From assembly GCA_951406725.2 (NCBI GenBank), contig OX597835.1:33728001-33792000 (forward strand): 64,000 bases of DNA, written 5' to 3'. Positions 1 through 12,943 of this stretch are shown one piece after another; position 1 is the stretch's first letter; each line of letters opens with the position of its first letter. The notes under the pieces are model-generated. The model was not told the DNA's origin. It did not search any database and saw only the letters and a program-made list of their open reading frames with translations. This stretch comes from Octopus vulgaris (lineage: Eukaryota). Both the position numbers and the translations under genes were made by a program.

Positions 1-35
1 GCTAGCAAGCTACTTACCACACAGCCACTCCTGCG

Positions 36-92
<57 letters not shown>

Positions 93-839
93 CGCAGGCG
101 TGGCTGTGTGATAAGAAGCTTGGTTCGCTATCACACAGTTCTGGGTGCAGTCCACTGCGTGACACATTGGGCGAGCGTCTTTAACGTTTCGAGCCTACGC
201 TCTTCTATAGAAAGGGACACAGAAAAAAAACAAGGAGAGAAAAAATGTGTGTAGTGGCTAACGATCTATCATGGCGAATATATATATATATATATTAGTG
301 ACAGAGGCAGAATTAATACTGAGAGGTAACATATATCCACACTTAAAAGTGAATGTTCTGTTGGTTTCTTCTAGATGTAGCATGACTTGGGTCTAAGCAA
401 AGAAAAAATACTGTAGCCACGGATATCATAGCTAGGGATATCATTGCTTGTTTACATCTGACGTCTTAATACGAAACGTTGTAGCAACAATCAGTGCTGT
501 CTATGGTTTCTATAGAATATATGTAGAAGCAACCTTAAAAATAATGAAGCAACTGACTTAGAAAAACATGTAGTATACTTCTTTGTGGATTGTGTTTCCT
601 TAACGAAGTGCCACGTAGCCACGAACCTTTAATGTTTACTGAAATAACTGACCAACGTTTGAGCATCAGCGTTACCAGATTGGGAATTGAGACCGAACAG
701 ACGCTCATACATAGAAGAGCAGAACAGCAGGGGATATTACTGCTACTACACCTACTAAAGTCAAGTACGACGAACAGGCGACTGGGATGTTGATACACAT
801 ACTAGGGTGAGAGGAAACGTCTACTAATAACCCTATTAT

Positions 840-1195
840 CACCTTGATCACCTTGACCAACCAGTCCGTCGGGAGTCGATTTGACACCGCTGGTCACAGC
901 ACGCTGTCCACTCCTCTTTGGATCGCACCTTTCTCATCCACGTGATCCCAATCGTCCTCCTGAAATCGTAACTCCACCGTCGTGGAGGCCTTCCGGGTGG
1001 TCGTTCCCGCTCGCGCGGGTACCACTCGACAACTGCGCAGGTCCACCGATTATCGGCGACGTGTCCAGCCCATCTAAACTTGCTGCGTGTATACTCTGCG
1101 ATGACATCCCTCACGCCGGACTTCTTTCTGATGATCTCGCTACTGATGTGCTCTCTCAATGAGATACCAAGCATTGACCTTTCCATGGCTCTTTG
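840..1195 (-). mobile_element. 5'-truncated RTE-clade LINE (3' end of ORF plus tail) with 13-bp target-site duplication
   Basis: ORF 848-1186(-) has RTE C-terminal motifs (MERSMLGISLREHI, KFRWAGHV, WYPRERERPPGRPPRRW). Short tandem tail (TCAAGGTGA)2. Identical ATAACCCTATTAT at 827-839 and 1196-1208. Confidence 0.88.
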
Positions 1196-1758
1196 ATAAC
1201 CCTATTATAACTTATATTTTATTATAAAATAAAAGGCAATAACGCAAATGCTACACGTCAATGCGCAAAATGTGATTATTTAAGGAATTCTGTAATGAAT
1301 TGTAATGAAGATTTATTTCCCGATGTTAAAATGAAAATTTTTTGTTTATAATGGAAAGAGAGAAAAATTAGGCTTTCTAAAGAAACATGTAATAATTTTT
1401 AAAGAATAAAGAATGTCAAAATTCATATAGGAAACAGCAGTTCGATCTTTATTGGAAATAGATCAATCATTTAATACACAGATTGCCTATATAGGGTTCC
1501 GCTTCACACAATCACGCACGCACACTCATAGACACACATGCACACTGACACACATACATATACAATTAAAACATCAATACGTATGCACATGTGATTATAT
1601 AAATATGTATATATATGTCCATGATTATATATACACATATTTATGTAACACATAGATATGTATGCATGTACATAGACATATATTTACATATATATGTGTG
1701 TATGTTTGTGTGTGTATATATATATATTGATACATGCATATAAGTGTGTATAAATGTA

Positions 1759-1832
<74 letters not shown>

Positions 1833-2038
1833 TGTATGTATGTATGTATGTATGTATAGGCGCAGGAGTGGCTGTGCGGTAAGTCTCTTGCTTACCGACA
1901 ACCCAACCACACGATTCCGGGTTCAGTCCCACTGCGTGGCATCTTGGGCAAGTGTCTTCTACTATAGCCTCGGGTCGACCAAAGCCTTGTGAGTGGATTT
2001 GGTAGATGGAAACTGAAAGAAGCTCGTCGTACATATGT

Positions 2039-2071
<33 letters not shown>

Positions 2072-2225
2072 AAATAAATATAAGAGAGTGGTCACTATAT
2101 GGCTCACTCTAGCACTAGTTAATCCAAAAGGTTTCAACCACAAAAATACATGTTTCCCATGAAAGTCAGTACGATTGTTAGCTCACACGGACAGGGCAAA
2201 TAAAAAATAACAAAAATACAGATTA

Positions 2226-2307
2226 TTTTGGGACAATTGTTTCGCTATTAATGAATTAAATGTAACTTTACTTACAAAAAAATCCACTTGTAGCTCGTCA
2301 GCCAAAA
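2226..2307 (-). ncRNA. Type I hammerhead ribozyme (family 1, copy 1)
   Basis: Minus strand reads TTTTGG-CTGACGA-GCTA-(long loop)-TAGC-GAAA-CAATTG-TC-CCAAAA: intact core, GUC cleavage triplet. Confidence 0.85.
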
Positions 2308-2759
2308 CTATCTGGATGAAATCCACTCAATCACACGCCAGATTTTACCATAACGATAAATACACGTGTGGTTCAATTGATTACATCCGACGTTATAATT
2401 CAAATGCCCCAACTAACAGCGCGCCAAACTTTCACGGAAAACAAATACTGCATTTAGAAATAAATGTAGCATAATTATAATTAATTAATAAGGGTGAGAG
2501 AATTAGATACTAATTTAATAGTATATCTATTCAACACAAAGTGGCCTAGTGCTCCGAGAAACCTGATTATTATAATATTTTATAATATATTATAATATTT
2601 TTACAAAATAAATATAAGAGAGTGGTCACTATATGGCTCACTCTAGCACTAGTTAATCCAAAAGGTTTCAACCACAAAAATACATGTTTCCCATGAAAGT
2701 CAGTACGATTGTTAGCTCACACGGACAGGGCAAATAAAAAATAACAAAAATACAGATTA

Positions 2760-2841
2760 TTTTGGGACAATTGTTTCGCTATTAATGAATTAAATGTAAT
2801 TTTACTTACAAAAAAATCCACTTGTGGCTCGTCAGCCAAAA
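2760..2841 (-). ncRNA. Type I hammerhead ribozyme (family 1, copy 2)
   Basis: As copy 1, with one C-A mismatch in stem II (GCCA/TAGC). Confidence 0.8.
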
Positions 2842-3174
2842 CTATCTGGATGAAATCCACTCAATCACACGCCAGATTTTACCATAACGATAAATACACG
2901 TGTGGTTCAATTGATTACATCCGACGTTATAATTCAAATGCCCCAACTAACAGCGCGCCAAACTTTCACGGAAAACAAATACTGCATTTAGAAATAAATG
3001 TAGCATAATTATAATTACATTTATTTCTAAATGCAGTATTTGTTTTCCGTGAAAGTTTGGCGCGCTGTTAGTTGGGGCATTTGAATGTCGGATGTAATCA
3101 ATTGAACCACACGTGTATTTATCGTTATGGTAAAATCTGGCGTAAAGTGATTGAGTGGATTTCATCCAGATAGT

Positions 3175-3255
3175 TTTTGGCTGACGAGCTACAATTGAAT
3201 TTTTTTTAACTAAAATTACATTTAATTCATTAATAGCGAAACAATTGTCCCAAAA
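3175..3255 (+). ncRNA. Type I hammerhead ribozyme (family 1, copy 3)
   Basis: Stem I TTTTGG 3175-3180/CCAAAA 3250-3255; CTGACGA 3181-3187; stem II GCTA/TAGC; GAAA 3238-3241; palindromic CAATTG; TC 3248-3249. Confidence 0.85.
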
Positions 3256-3530
3256 TAATCTGTATTTTTGTTATTTTTTATTTGCCCTGTCCGTGTGACT
3301 AACAATCGTACTGACTTTCATGGGAAACATGTATTTTTGTGGTTGAAACCTTTTGGATTAACTAGTGCTAGAGTGAGCCATATAGTGACCACTCTCTTAT
3401 ATTTATTTTGTAAGAATATTATAATATATTATAAAATATTATAATAATCCAGGTTTCTCGGAGCACTAGGCCACTTGGTGTTGAATAGATATACTATTAA
3501 ATTAGTATCTAATTCTCTCACCCTTATTAA

Positions 3531-3603
<73 letters not shown>

Positions 3604-3821
3604 GTGTGTGTATATATATATGTATGTCTGTGTTTGTCCTCCCAACATCGTTTGACAACAGATGTTGGTGTATTTACGTCCCCGTAAGCTAGCGGTTCGC
3701 TAAAAGACACCGATAGAATAAGTACTAGGCTTACAAAGAATAAGTCCCTGGGATCGATTTGCTCGACTAAAGGCGGTGCTCCAAAATGGCCACTGTCAAA
3801 TGACTGAAACAAATAAAAGAG

Positions 3822-3879
<58 letters not shown>

Positions 3880-4924
3880 GTGTGTGTATGTGTGTTTGTG
3901 TATCTATGTAACTATATACATATTGATACACGCATATTTGTGTATATATATATATATATATATATAAATATGCAAATATCCATATATATATATATGGAAT
4001 GCAAGGAGCATTGAACTTGTCCATGTGAGTGTCTATGTACTCATGTCAATATAACTGCAGTAGTTCTCTATCTAATTGGATGTTATGAACTCTCTAGAAC
4101 ACCTCATTAAAATGACATACTTTATCACTATACATAAAATATATAAATACCTATCTACACAGTTATAAACAGCTACATATATTAACGAATAAGCACACAC
4201 ACACATACGTGTGCGAGTGTATAGTTGTGTATTTATGTATGAACGCATGCATATATACGTATATGTATATATATGTATCTTTATCTTCATCGTCCTAAGT
4301 TTTATAGCGCAATTTGATGTCTCAAAGTTACATTATTATATGAATTGTGACAGGCATATCTATGTGTGTGTTTATATGTGTGTATGAGTGTGCCTCTGTG
4401 TGGGCAGTATGTGTGTCTCTGTGTTTCTGTGCCAATATGAGTATGTGTATGCGTGTGTATTATGTAGCACTGTTGCCTGACCAATCGTATTAAACTATGA
4501 CAATTTCTCTTGAAGCAAGGAAAAAACCCAAACATTGGTATAAAATAAGTTTGCGTTGCAGAGTGCAATAAAAAAAACTATTTATTCCATCTGTATTGTA
4601 AAATATGAGGAAATTCAGGAAGCAAGAAGCTCCGCCCTACATGCTTGTGTATGTGTGTGTATATGTCCATGTGTGTGTGTGCCTGTGTGTATGTGTATGT
4701 GTGTGTGTGCGTGTACATACATAAAGGCAAATCGTGAACGTATATGTGTTTGTGTTTATTGCAATGAGGTGGAAATGTGTAGGCGTGTTTACGTGTATTT
4801 TTGCACACACACCAATACACATTAACAAATCTTCATACCCACACATACACATGCCAGTGTATATGTGCACACGTCAGTGCAAAGATATAGACACGTACAT
4901 TAATTATATACACATATACTCTGC

Positions 4925-5004
<80 letters not shown>

Positions 5005-5022
5005 GCAGACAGACAGACAGAC

Positions 5023-5099
<77 letters not shown>

Positions 5100-5379
5100 T
5101 AGATATAGATATATATTGATAAAAACGGTAAGATAACAAAAGAAAGAAAGAGACCTCAATATTATGTATTATTTTACAGATATAGATATAGATATATAGA
5201 TATTTTACAACCTAAAGCCAAAATTATAGACGCCACTAAAGTGACAGAGGGTACGAAGGGATCCCAGAATTGCTAGAAATAAGAGTCAAAATAAATCTAT
5301 AGCCACAGATAGTACCATTTTAATGACTGGCGGGGGAGACACGCTCCCTATATATGTTATCTTGGTTATCTTTTACCGC

Positions 5380-5558
5380 CTTGAAAAATGTTTAGTCGAA
5401 TGAATTGACCCCAATACTTTATTTTTAAGCCTGGTAATTATTCTTTCGATTTCTTTTGCCAAGCAGCTAAACAACGGGCGTAAACCCTCCAACACCGGTT
5501 GTCAAGCGGTGTCGGGCGACAAAGACTAAGACCGAAATACACACACACACACACATAC

Positions 5559-5640
<82 letters not shown>

Positions 5641-5785
5641 GGCAAGCTTCATTCAGATTCCGTCTACCAACTCCATTCACATGGCTTAAGTCGGCCCGAA
5701 GCTATAGTAGAGACATTTGCTCAAGATTCCACGCAGTAAAGCCAAGCCCAGTACCAGGGGAAGCAAGCTTTTTAAGGCACAGCTA
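5380..5785 (-). mobile_element. SINE family A, diverged copy
   Basis: Reverse-complement similarity to family A (TTCCGTCTACCAA, GCTATAGTAGAGAC) with internal (TA)n. Confidence 0.65.
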
Positions 5786-5872
5786 CTTTGCATCTATATC
5801 CCTTTATCTTTATATATACATGTGTGTTTGTGTATGTATATATATATATATAAATATGCAAATATTTATATA

Positions 5873-5948
<76 letters not shown>

Positions 5949-6112
5949 GGGAATATAACTCCAAACTTACAGGGAAAAACTTAGTTATTATATAATATTT
6001 ATCATTCATTTTATACTTTTTGCAAAAAAAAATAAAATAAAAATAAATAAATAAAAATTTATATATATATAAAAGAGTAAAGAGTATATATATATATATT
6101 TATATATATATA

Positions 6113-6411
6113 TCACGTGATCACGTGACCGACCAGACCATCAGATGTTACACATCGCTGGTCACAATGCGTTCGCATTGTTTTAGCCTTCGAATGACGC
6201 CACCTCGCTGGCTAAGCGAGCAGGCCAACAGAAGAAAGAGTGGGAGAAAGAGTGGTGGAAGAGTACAGCAGGGATCACCACCCCCTGCCGGTGCTTTGTG
6301 GAGCTTTAGGTGTTTTTGCTCAATAAACACTCACAAGGCCCGGTCTGGGAATCGAAACCGCGATCCTACGACCGCGAGTCCGCTGCCCTAACCACTGGGC
6401 CATTGCGCCTC

Positions 6412-6413
<2 letters not shown>
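6113..6413 (-). mobile_element. tRNA-derived SINE family C with RTE-like 3' tail
   Basis: Minus-strand head GGAGGCGCAATGGCCCAGTGGTTAGGGCAGCGGACTCGCGGTCGTAGGATCGCGGTTTCGATTCCC has A and B boxes. The tail resembles the RTE end at 840-905. Partial copies at ~53150-53253 and ~54693-54810. Confidence 0.8.
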
Positions 6414-6502
<89 letters not shown>

Positions 6503-6595
6503 TATATATGTAGGTCCCGGGTTGATTCGGGGTTAACCACAGTAAATAAGGTACTCAATACATAGCAGAGTAAAATTAATTTATTATATAGAAGG

Positions 6596-6646
6596 AGCTT
6601 CTACAGGACTAGAACTGTTTCATTCAAGAGAAATCTTCAGGAAGCT
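6596..6646 (-). ncRNA. Type I hammerhead ribozyme (family 2, left arm)
   Basis: Reverse complement of 9135-9185. Confidence 0.72.
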
Positions 6647-7314
6647 AGTTAACAAGAATAGTATTGGCATTTATACATTTAAGCAGGTTTAAAGGGGTGT
6701 TGGTGGGGGACTTTTTGGGGGTAGGCATAGCGCAAAATATCATACTTGGGGGAGTGGTCAAGGAGTCAGTGTTAAATTAGATAGAAGAATAAATAAAAAA
6801 TTAAAAAATATATAAAATAAAAAAATTAAAAAATTAAAAAATAAAAAAATAAAAAAATAAAAATAAAAATAAAAAAATAAAAAACTAAAAAAATATATAT
6901 ATATAAAAAAAGGGGGAATAGAATTTTAGGTAAATAAGGAGATTCTCACTTATACCTATGCACATATGTATACATATATACACACGCATACAGACATATA
7001 TACATATACATACACACATACATACACACACATATATATATACATATATATACACTTACACATACATATACATATCTACACATACACATATATGTATACA
7101 TACACACACTCACATGCATACACGTATACACACATGTATATATACACACACGACCACACATACATATACACACAGAAAAATATATATACACATACACACA
7201 CATACTCACATACTCGCATACACACACAAATCCACACACACACATGCACACACAGCACACTAGTCCCTATATACACATATATACACATACACACATATAT
7301 ACACACACATACAT

Positions 7315-7356
<42 letters not shown>

Positions 7357-7765
7357 GTGTACCTATGCATACCTACACATACACACATATATATATACGC
7401 ATACAAATACAGACCCATTCCCTAATTTTAATTTTATTATATTCGTTTATTACTTTTGTTATCTTTGGCCGCTTGGTCACAAACATCTTGGCTATGACAG
7501 CCAGTCCATTTATCTGTCTACTGGAAAACAAGCACTCATTCACTCACGCACACTCTTTAGCACGTACACTCACTCATTCGTACACTCATACACATACACG
7601 CACGCACGCGTTATATTCATACATACATACATCTACATACATTCACGTATATACACATACGTACGCGTACCTACAGATTCATGTCTACACTCTTAGAAGG
7701 CTAGTCTATACATATACACCAATAAATATAAATACACACACATACACGTACACCTACATACAAAT

Positions 7766-7816
<51 letters not shown>

Positions 7817-8014
7817 CATATATATACACATATATACACACATATATACACACACACACATATATACACATATACACACATATACACATATATACACACA
7901 TACACATACATACATATACACACATACACATACATACGTATACATACATACATACATCCATACATCCATACATACATTTATACACATACACACACCCACA
8001 TACATACATATATA

Positions 8015-8081
<67 letters not shown>

Positions 8082-9134
8082 CATATACATATTCATACAC
8101 ACACATACATATACATACATACATATACAAATATACGCACACACATACATACATACTCATATACACATACACGCACATACACATGTACATGCGTACCCAT
8201 ACACACACACACACACACGCGCGCGCGCATCCATATATACACATGAGTACACACATGCGTAAAAGTATACATATATCTATGCTTACACATACACACACAC
8301 ACGCGCCTCCTTATATTCATACTTACATGCATACTCAAAAAATAAATAATAAATATTAAGTATATGTACGTGCAGTTACCTATTATATAGACGGATACAT
8401 ACATATAAACTTACACACATATATATATATATACATATATACATATATACATACATATATACACATATATATACATATATACATATATATATATACACAC
8501 ACACACATACACATATATATATATATACATACTTACACACATGTACAAATATATACACACATAGATAACTCTACGTACCTACATATACATAAACACATAT
8601 GTATATGTATGTGTGGTCGTGTGTGTATATATACATGTGTGTATACGTGTATGCATGTGAGTGTGTGTATGTATACATATATGTGTATGTGTAGATATGT
8701 ATATGTATGTGTAAGTGTATATATATGTATATATATATGTGTGTGTATGTATGTGTGTATGTATATGTATATATGTCTGTATGCGTGTGTATATATGTAT
8801 ACATATGTGCATAGGTATAAGTGAGAATCTCCTTATTTACCTAAAACTCTATTCCCCCTTTTTTTATATATATATTTTTTTATTTTTTTATTTTTTTATT
8901 TTTTTTATTTTTTTATTTTTTTTATTTTTTTTTTATTTTTTTATTTTTTTTTTTTTTATTTTTTTTTTATATATTTTTTTATTTTTTATTTATTCTTCTA
9001 TCTAATTTAACACTGACTCCTTGACCACTCCCCCAAGTATGATATTTTGCGCTATGCCTACCCCCAAAAAGTCCCCCACCAACACCCCTTTAAAATGCCT
9101 AAATGTATAAATGCCAATACTATTCTTGTTAACT

Positions 9135-9185
9135 AGCTTCCTGAAGATTTCTCTTGAATGAAACAGTTCTAGTCCTGTAGAAGCT
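9135..9185 (+). ncRNA. Type I hammerhead ribozyme (family 2, right arm)
   Basis: AGCTTC-CTGAAGA-TTTC(tctt)GAAT-GAAA-CAG(ttctagtc)CTG-TA-GAAGCT; GUA triplet; first stem II pair is U-U. Confidence 0.72.
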
Positions 9186-9200
9186 CCTTCTATATAATAA

Positions 9201-9268
<68 letters not shown>

Positions 9269-9545
9269 TATATTAATTATATATATTATTTGTTATTTAT
9301 CTATTGGTTATTTATCTATTGGTTTATGTCCATCACTGTTTGTGTTGCATAATAGTGGATTTATCTAATTCATATTTATATATACATATATATATATATG
9401 TGTGTGTGTGTGTTTGTGTGTGTATGTATATGTATGTATATATAATGAAGAAAGTGGGAAAATCCTTCAAATGTGATACAAATATGCAGTTTGGCACAGC
9501 TATGATTTAAAACATGCTCTTCAAGATAGACAAGATAGCTAACGG

Positions 9546-10624
9546 GAAAATCAAAGATGTCGGCCAAAATCCAAGATGGCGTCCAACATTAAAAACTAAT
9601 AATTGCTATGAACAGGAAATAGTTTTTTATGCAATATTTTACACAAACAGCTTTACATTTTCCTTTTGAAGGATATTTTCTACCTTCTTCACTCATTCAG
9701 GTTATACAGGTTTTATCATCAATCAAATGCATGGACAGGCACAAAGCGAAGCACAATGAAGAGGTGTTTTCTTTCATGTGCAACGTTCTGCACACTGTTT
9801 TGTATTGGCACTTTTTAAGTGCTTGGCGTTGTTCTACTATGGTTCTTTGTTCAATCCAGTGAACAGTGAAAGCGCCATCGTCATTATTTTTCTACCTCCA
9901 GATGATTGGTGATGGCAGTGCTGCCTTCGCCAGGAAGGCCTAGCCTCAATCCGTCTGATATACAGCTCTCCCTGATATACATAACCTGAATTAGTGAAGA
10001 AGTTAGTAGAAAAATCCTCCAAAAGGTAAATGTAAGGCTATTTGTGTAAAATATATATTTCTTTATATATATATTTGTGTAAAATATAAATTCCTTTATA
10101 TACCAGAAACGACGACCAGAAACCAACTACACTTTATTGCCCACAAGGAGCTAAACATAGAGGGTCAAACAAGGATAGACAAAGGGATTAAGTACGTAAA
10201 TGGTACTTAATTTATCAACCCCGAAAGGATGAAAGGCAAAGTCGACCTCGGCGGAATTTGAACTCACAACGTAACGGCAGACGAAATACCTATTTCTTTA
10301 CTACCCACAAGGGGCTAAACACAGAGGGGACAAAAAAGGACAGACAAAGGGATTAAGTCGATTACATCGACCCCAGTGCGTAAATGGTACTTAATTTTTC
10401 GACCCCGAAAAGATGAAAGGCAAAGTCGACCTCGGCGGAAATTGAACTCAGAACGTAACGGCAGACGAAATACGGCTACGCATTTCGCCCGGCATGCTAA
10501 CGTTTCAGCCAGCTCGCCGCCTTAATTTGTGTAAAATATAGTAAAACCTATTTCCTGTTCATCGCAATTATTAATCTTTAATGTTGGACGCCGTCTTGGA
10601 TTTGGGCCGCCATTTTCGATTTTC
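9546..10624. mobile_element. Non-autonomous DNA transposon/MITE with ~105-bp diverged terminal inverted repeats
   Basis: 9546-~9647 (AAAATCCAAGATGGCGTCCAACATTAAA...ATGAACAGGAAATAG) is the reverse complement of ~10526-10624 (CTATTTCCTGTTCATC...TTTAATGTTGGACGCCGTCTTGGATTT). Confidence 0.7.
10056..10522 (-). mobile_element. tRNA-derived SINE family B, tandem dimer nested in the MITE
   Basis: Head GGCGGCGAGCTGG on the minus strand; body repeated twice; ATTTGTGTAAAATATA at 10040-10055 and 10525-10540 is a probable TSD. Confidence 0.8.
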
Positions 10625-11010
10625 TATAATGAAGGTAAAGTAGTAGAACGAAACATAAAGTGTAGTTGGTTTCTAGTCGTCTCAACTTCTGTTGTGCCAC
10701 TGGTTTTATTAATGAATGCACAGAAATGCTGAGCAACACTTTATTCACTTAAAGGAACTTCTTGGAATCTCGGAACGTTTGCAGGAAAGTGGCTTTACTT
10801 GGTCACGAACTGACTTCCACCGCACACACACACACACATACACACACACACACACACACTCACACATACATACATATATATTCATATATATATGTGTATG
10901 TGTGTGTGTGTGTGTATGTATGCACATATATATGTGTACGCATATGGACATAGATATACATATAAACGTGTATACATCTATGTATATGTATATACATATA
11001 TATATATATG

Positions 11011-11074
<64 letters not shown>

Positions 11075-11146
11075 CATACATACATACATACATACGTACA
11101 TACGTACATACATACATACATATGTATGTATGTATGTGTATATGTG

Positions 11147-11178
<32 letters not shown>

Positions 11179-11435
11179 TGTATGTATGTATGTATGTATG
11201 TATGTATGTATGTATATTGTCGTGTATCTTTATGTTGTGCTTGATCAGAGGATTTATATTCGAAACATCTCAGAACACGAAGCTAATCATTCAGAAAAAC
11301 TTTACATGATTTAACTTCGATTATCTGTCAAAATAATTTCAGATGCCTTAATCTGTCAATAGATTTCAGAAAGCGAAATCATCAAAAACCCATAAATTTT
11401 CCGTTCCCTAAAAAAACAAACGATGTAATATTTTT

Positions 11436-11467
<32 letters not shown>

Positions 11468-11899
11468 TATTATTATTATCATTGTATTTGGTGTTGTTTC
11501 TATTGTAATATGCAAAAGACAAAAAATAAAGTTTTTGATGAATCGATTAACAAGTTGATGTAAACGTTATATCGATCATTCTATCCACCCGCCCTCAACC
11601 GAAAAAAAATGATCAAACTGCATTCAAAAGACGATGATAATTAGTAATGTTTTACAATGTAGAAGAGGTATATATTGATTAATTAAATCATTTATTGATT
11701 TCTCGATTGATTTTAATTGATAAACCCACCACCCATCTCTACTGGAAGGATAAAAAGCCTGTGTTGATCTCGGTGGTATTTGAAATCAGAATGTAAAACC
11801 ATCGCTAGCGAAATTAGCCAAGCATTTCGTCTGAGGTTCTGAGTTTCTGCTATGGAAACTAGCGTTTATTGATTCCTTGGATCTGGGTTCAATTTGTCC

Positions 11900-12943
11900 C
11901 AAGATCACAGTGGAATACTTTTTTTTTCTTTCGTGTATGAGACAGTGCTGCTGAAACTGCAACCGCTGCTGCTTCAAACACGTCTAATTGGCTACGGCTA
12001 TTTCGTTCAGTACGAATGGAACTGCGAGATTAGAGGAACGGTTTGAGCGCTCGCTCGATAGGACGGTGGTGCCAGGCTGCTTCTGAAGGAAAATAGTTGA
12101 ATGCCTTAAAGCTGGAACCGTAAACGGACCCGAGTTGTTTCTCAAAAGTATCACAACCCTCAGGTGCATGTCTTAGTTCGGTGCATGCCGTCCGCCCGCT
12201 AAGCACTCACCGTGAGCGAGGGCAGCTAGCGGCGGCAGCAACTAACAGCGGCAAGCAGCGGCGGCAGAATTGTTACAGTAGGGCGTCGCTTCGTCACCGT
12301 CTTCTCCCGGTATATTAGAAAAGACCGTGAAGGAAAGGATCGCTTGCATGCAACACGACGAGCCGTTCGGAGTGACGCGCTTTGTATGGCAGCTACAAAA
12401 ATACGATCTATTAAGTTTTTCCTTGTGAACAATGAACCCTAAACTGATCCCCCAAAGGATCACTTGACTAATTGCCAAGGAACTACTCAGCAACATTCCA
12501 CACTCTCACCCCACCCCGCACCTGACCCGCAGATACGCTGTCTTTCCTCTCTGTCTTTTCTGCCGCCAGTTTTTGTAACATAAGCTCCTTGCAGCTGGCC
12601 AATCATTCGATGCCCTCACTTACCCCCTCTCTCCTGTTTTTCCATACTATCTTGCTCCTATCCGCTTCGCAGAGCCCCATACTAACGCCCTTTTTTTTAC
12701 AGTCCTTACATTTGAGAAGTTATTGTGCTGAAATTCTTTCCCTGTTAAAGTTGTATCTCTAACCCTCAACTCAGTTTTCATCGGTGCGAAGATCAGTAAC
12801 ACCGCGTAAGTTTTATAAATCTTGAGTTGGTCCCTCCACGACAAATTATCAAAAGGGATAACAAGATCACAGTGGAATACTATTTTTCTTTCGAGTATGA
12901 GACAGTGCTACTGAAACTGCAACAGTTGCTGCTTCAAATACGT
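11900..12943. repeat. ~82-bp imperfect direct repeats (11900-11983, 12862-12943) bracketing a GC/CpG-rich ~880-bp segment
   Basis: CAAGATCACAGTGGAATACT...GAGACAGTGCT...GCTGCTTCAAA occurs twice with about six substitutions and a short indel. Confidence 0.8.

Larger units (their letters stand above)
2071..3537. mobile_element. Non-autonomous Penelope-like/retrozyme-type element: ~1.8 tandem 534-bp units plus one inverted, permuted unit
   Basis: AAAATAAATATAAGAGAGTGG starts at 2071 and 2605 (period 534). ~3018-3537 is the reverse complement of a full unit. Each unit contains a hammerhead motif. Confidence 0.8.
1859..3822 (+). mobile_element. tRNA-derived SINE family A, split by the hammerhead element in its internal (TA)n
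   Basis: Head GGCGCAGGAGTGGCTGTGCGGTAAG...GGGTTCAGTCCC at 1859-2029 and 3' half (~3620-3822, ending TGACTGAAACAAATAAAAGAG) match the contiguous copies at 28753-29232 and 61361-61703. Confidence 0.8.
6513..9205. mobile_element. Penelope-like inverted-repeat element (arms ~6579-7175 and ~8598-9202) with low-complexity interior
   Basis: Arms are reverse complements with a few substitutions and each carries a hammerhead. Left arm has an unpaired ~65-bp extension (6513-6578). Sits in (TA)n. Confidence 0.75.

Noticed and set aside
445-490. Hammerhead-like CTGACGT...GAAACGTTGTA
   Set aside because: Core is incomplete and stems cannot be assigned consistently.
6338-6413. tRNA gene
   Set aside because: The tRNA-like sequence is the head of a SINE that continues into a LINE-like tail; no complete acceptor stem or terminator.
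6946-8824. Long ORFs rich in Y/I/H/T or V/C/M (for example 426 aa at 6966)
   Set aside because: Translations of (TA)n/(CA)n/(CATA)n low-complexity DNA, open in many frames, with no domain motifs.
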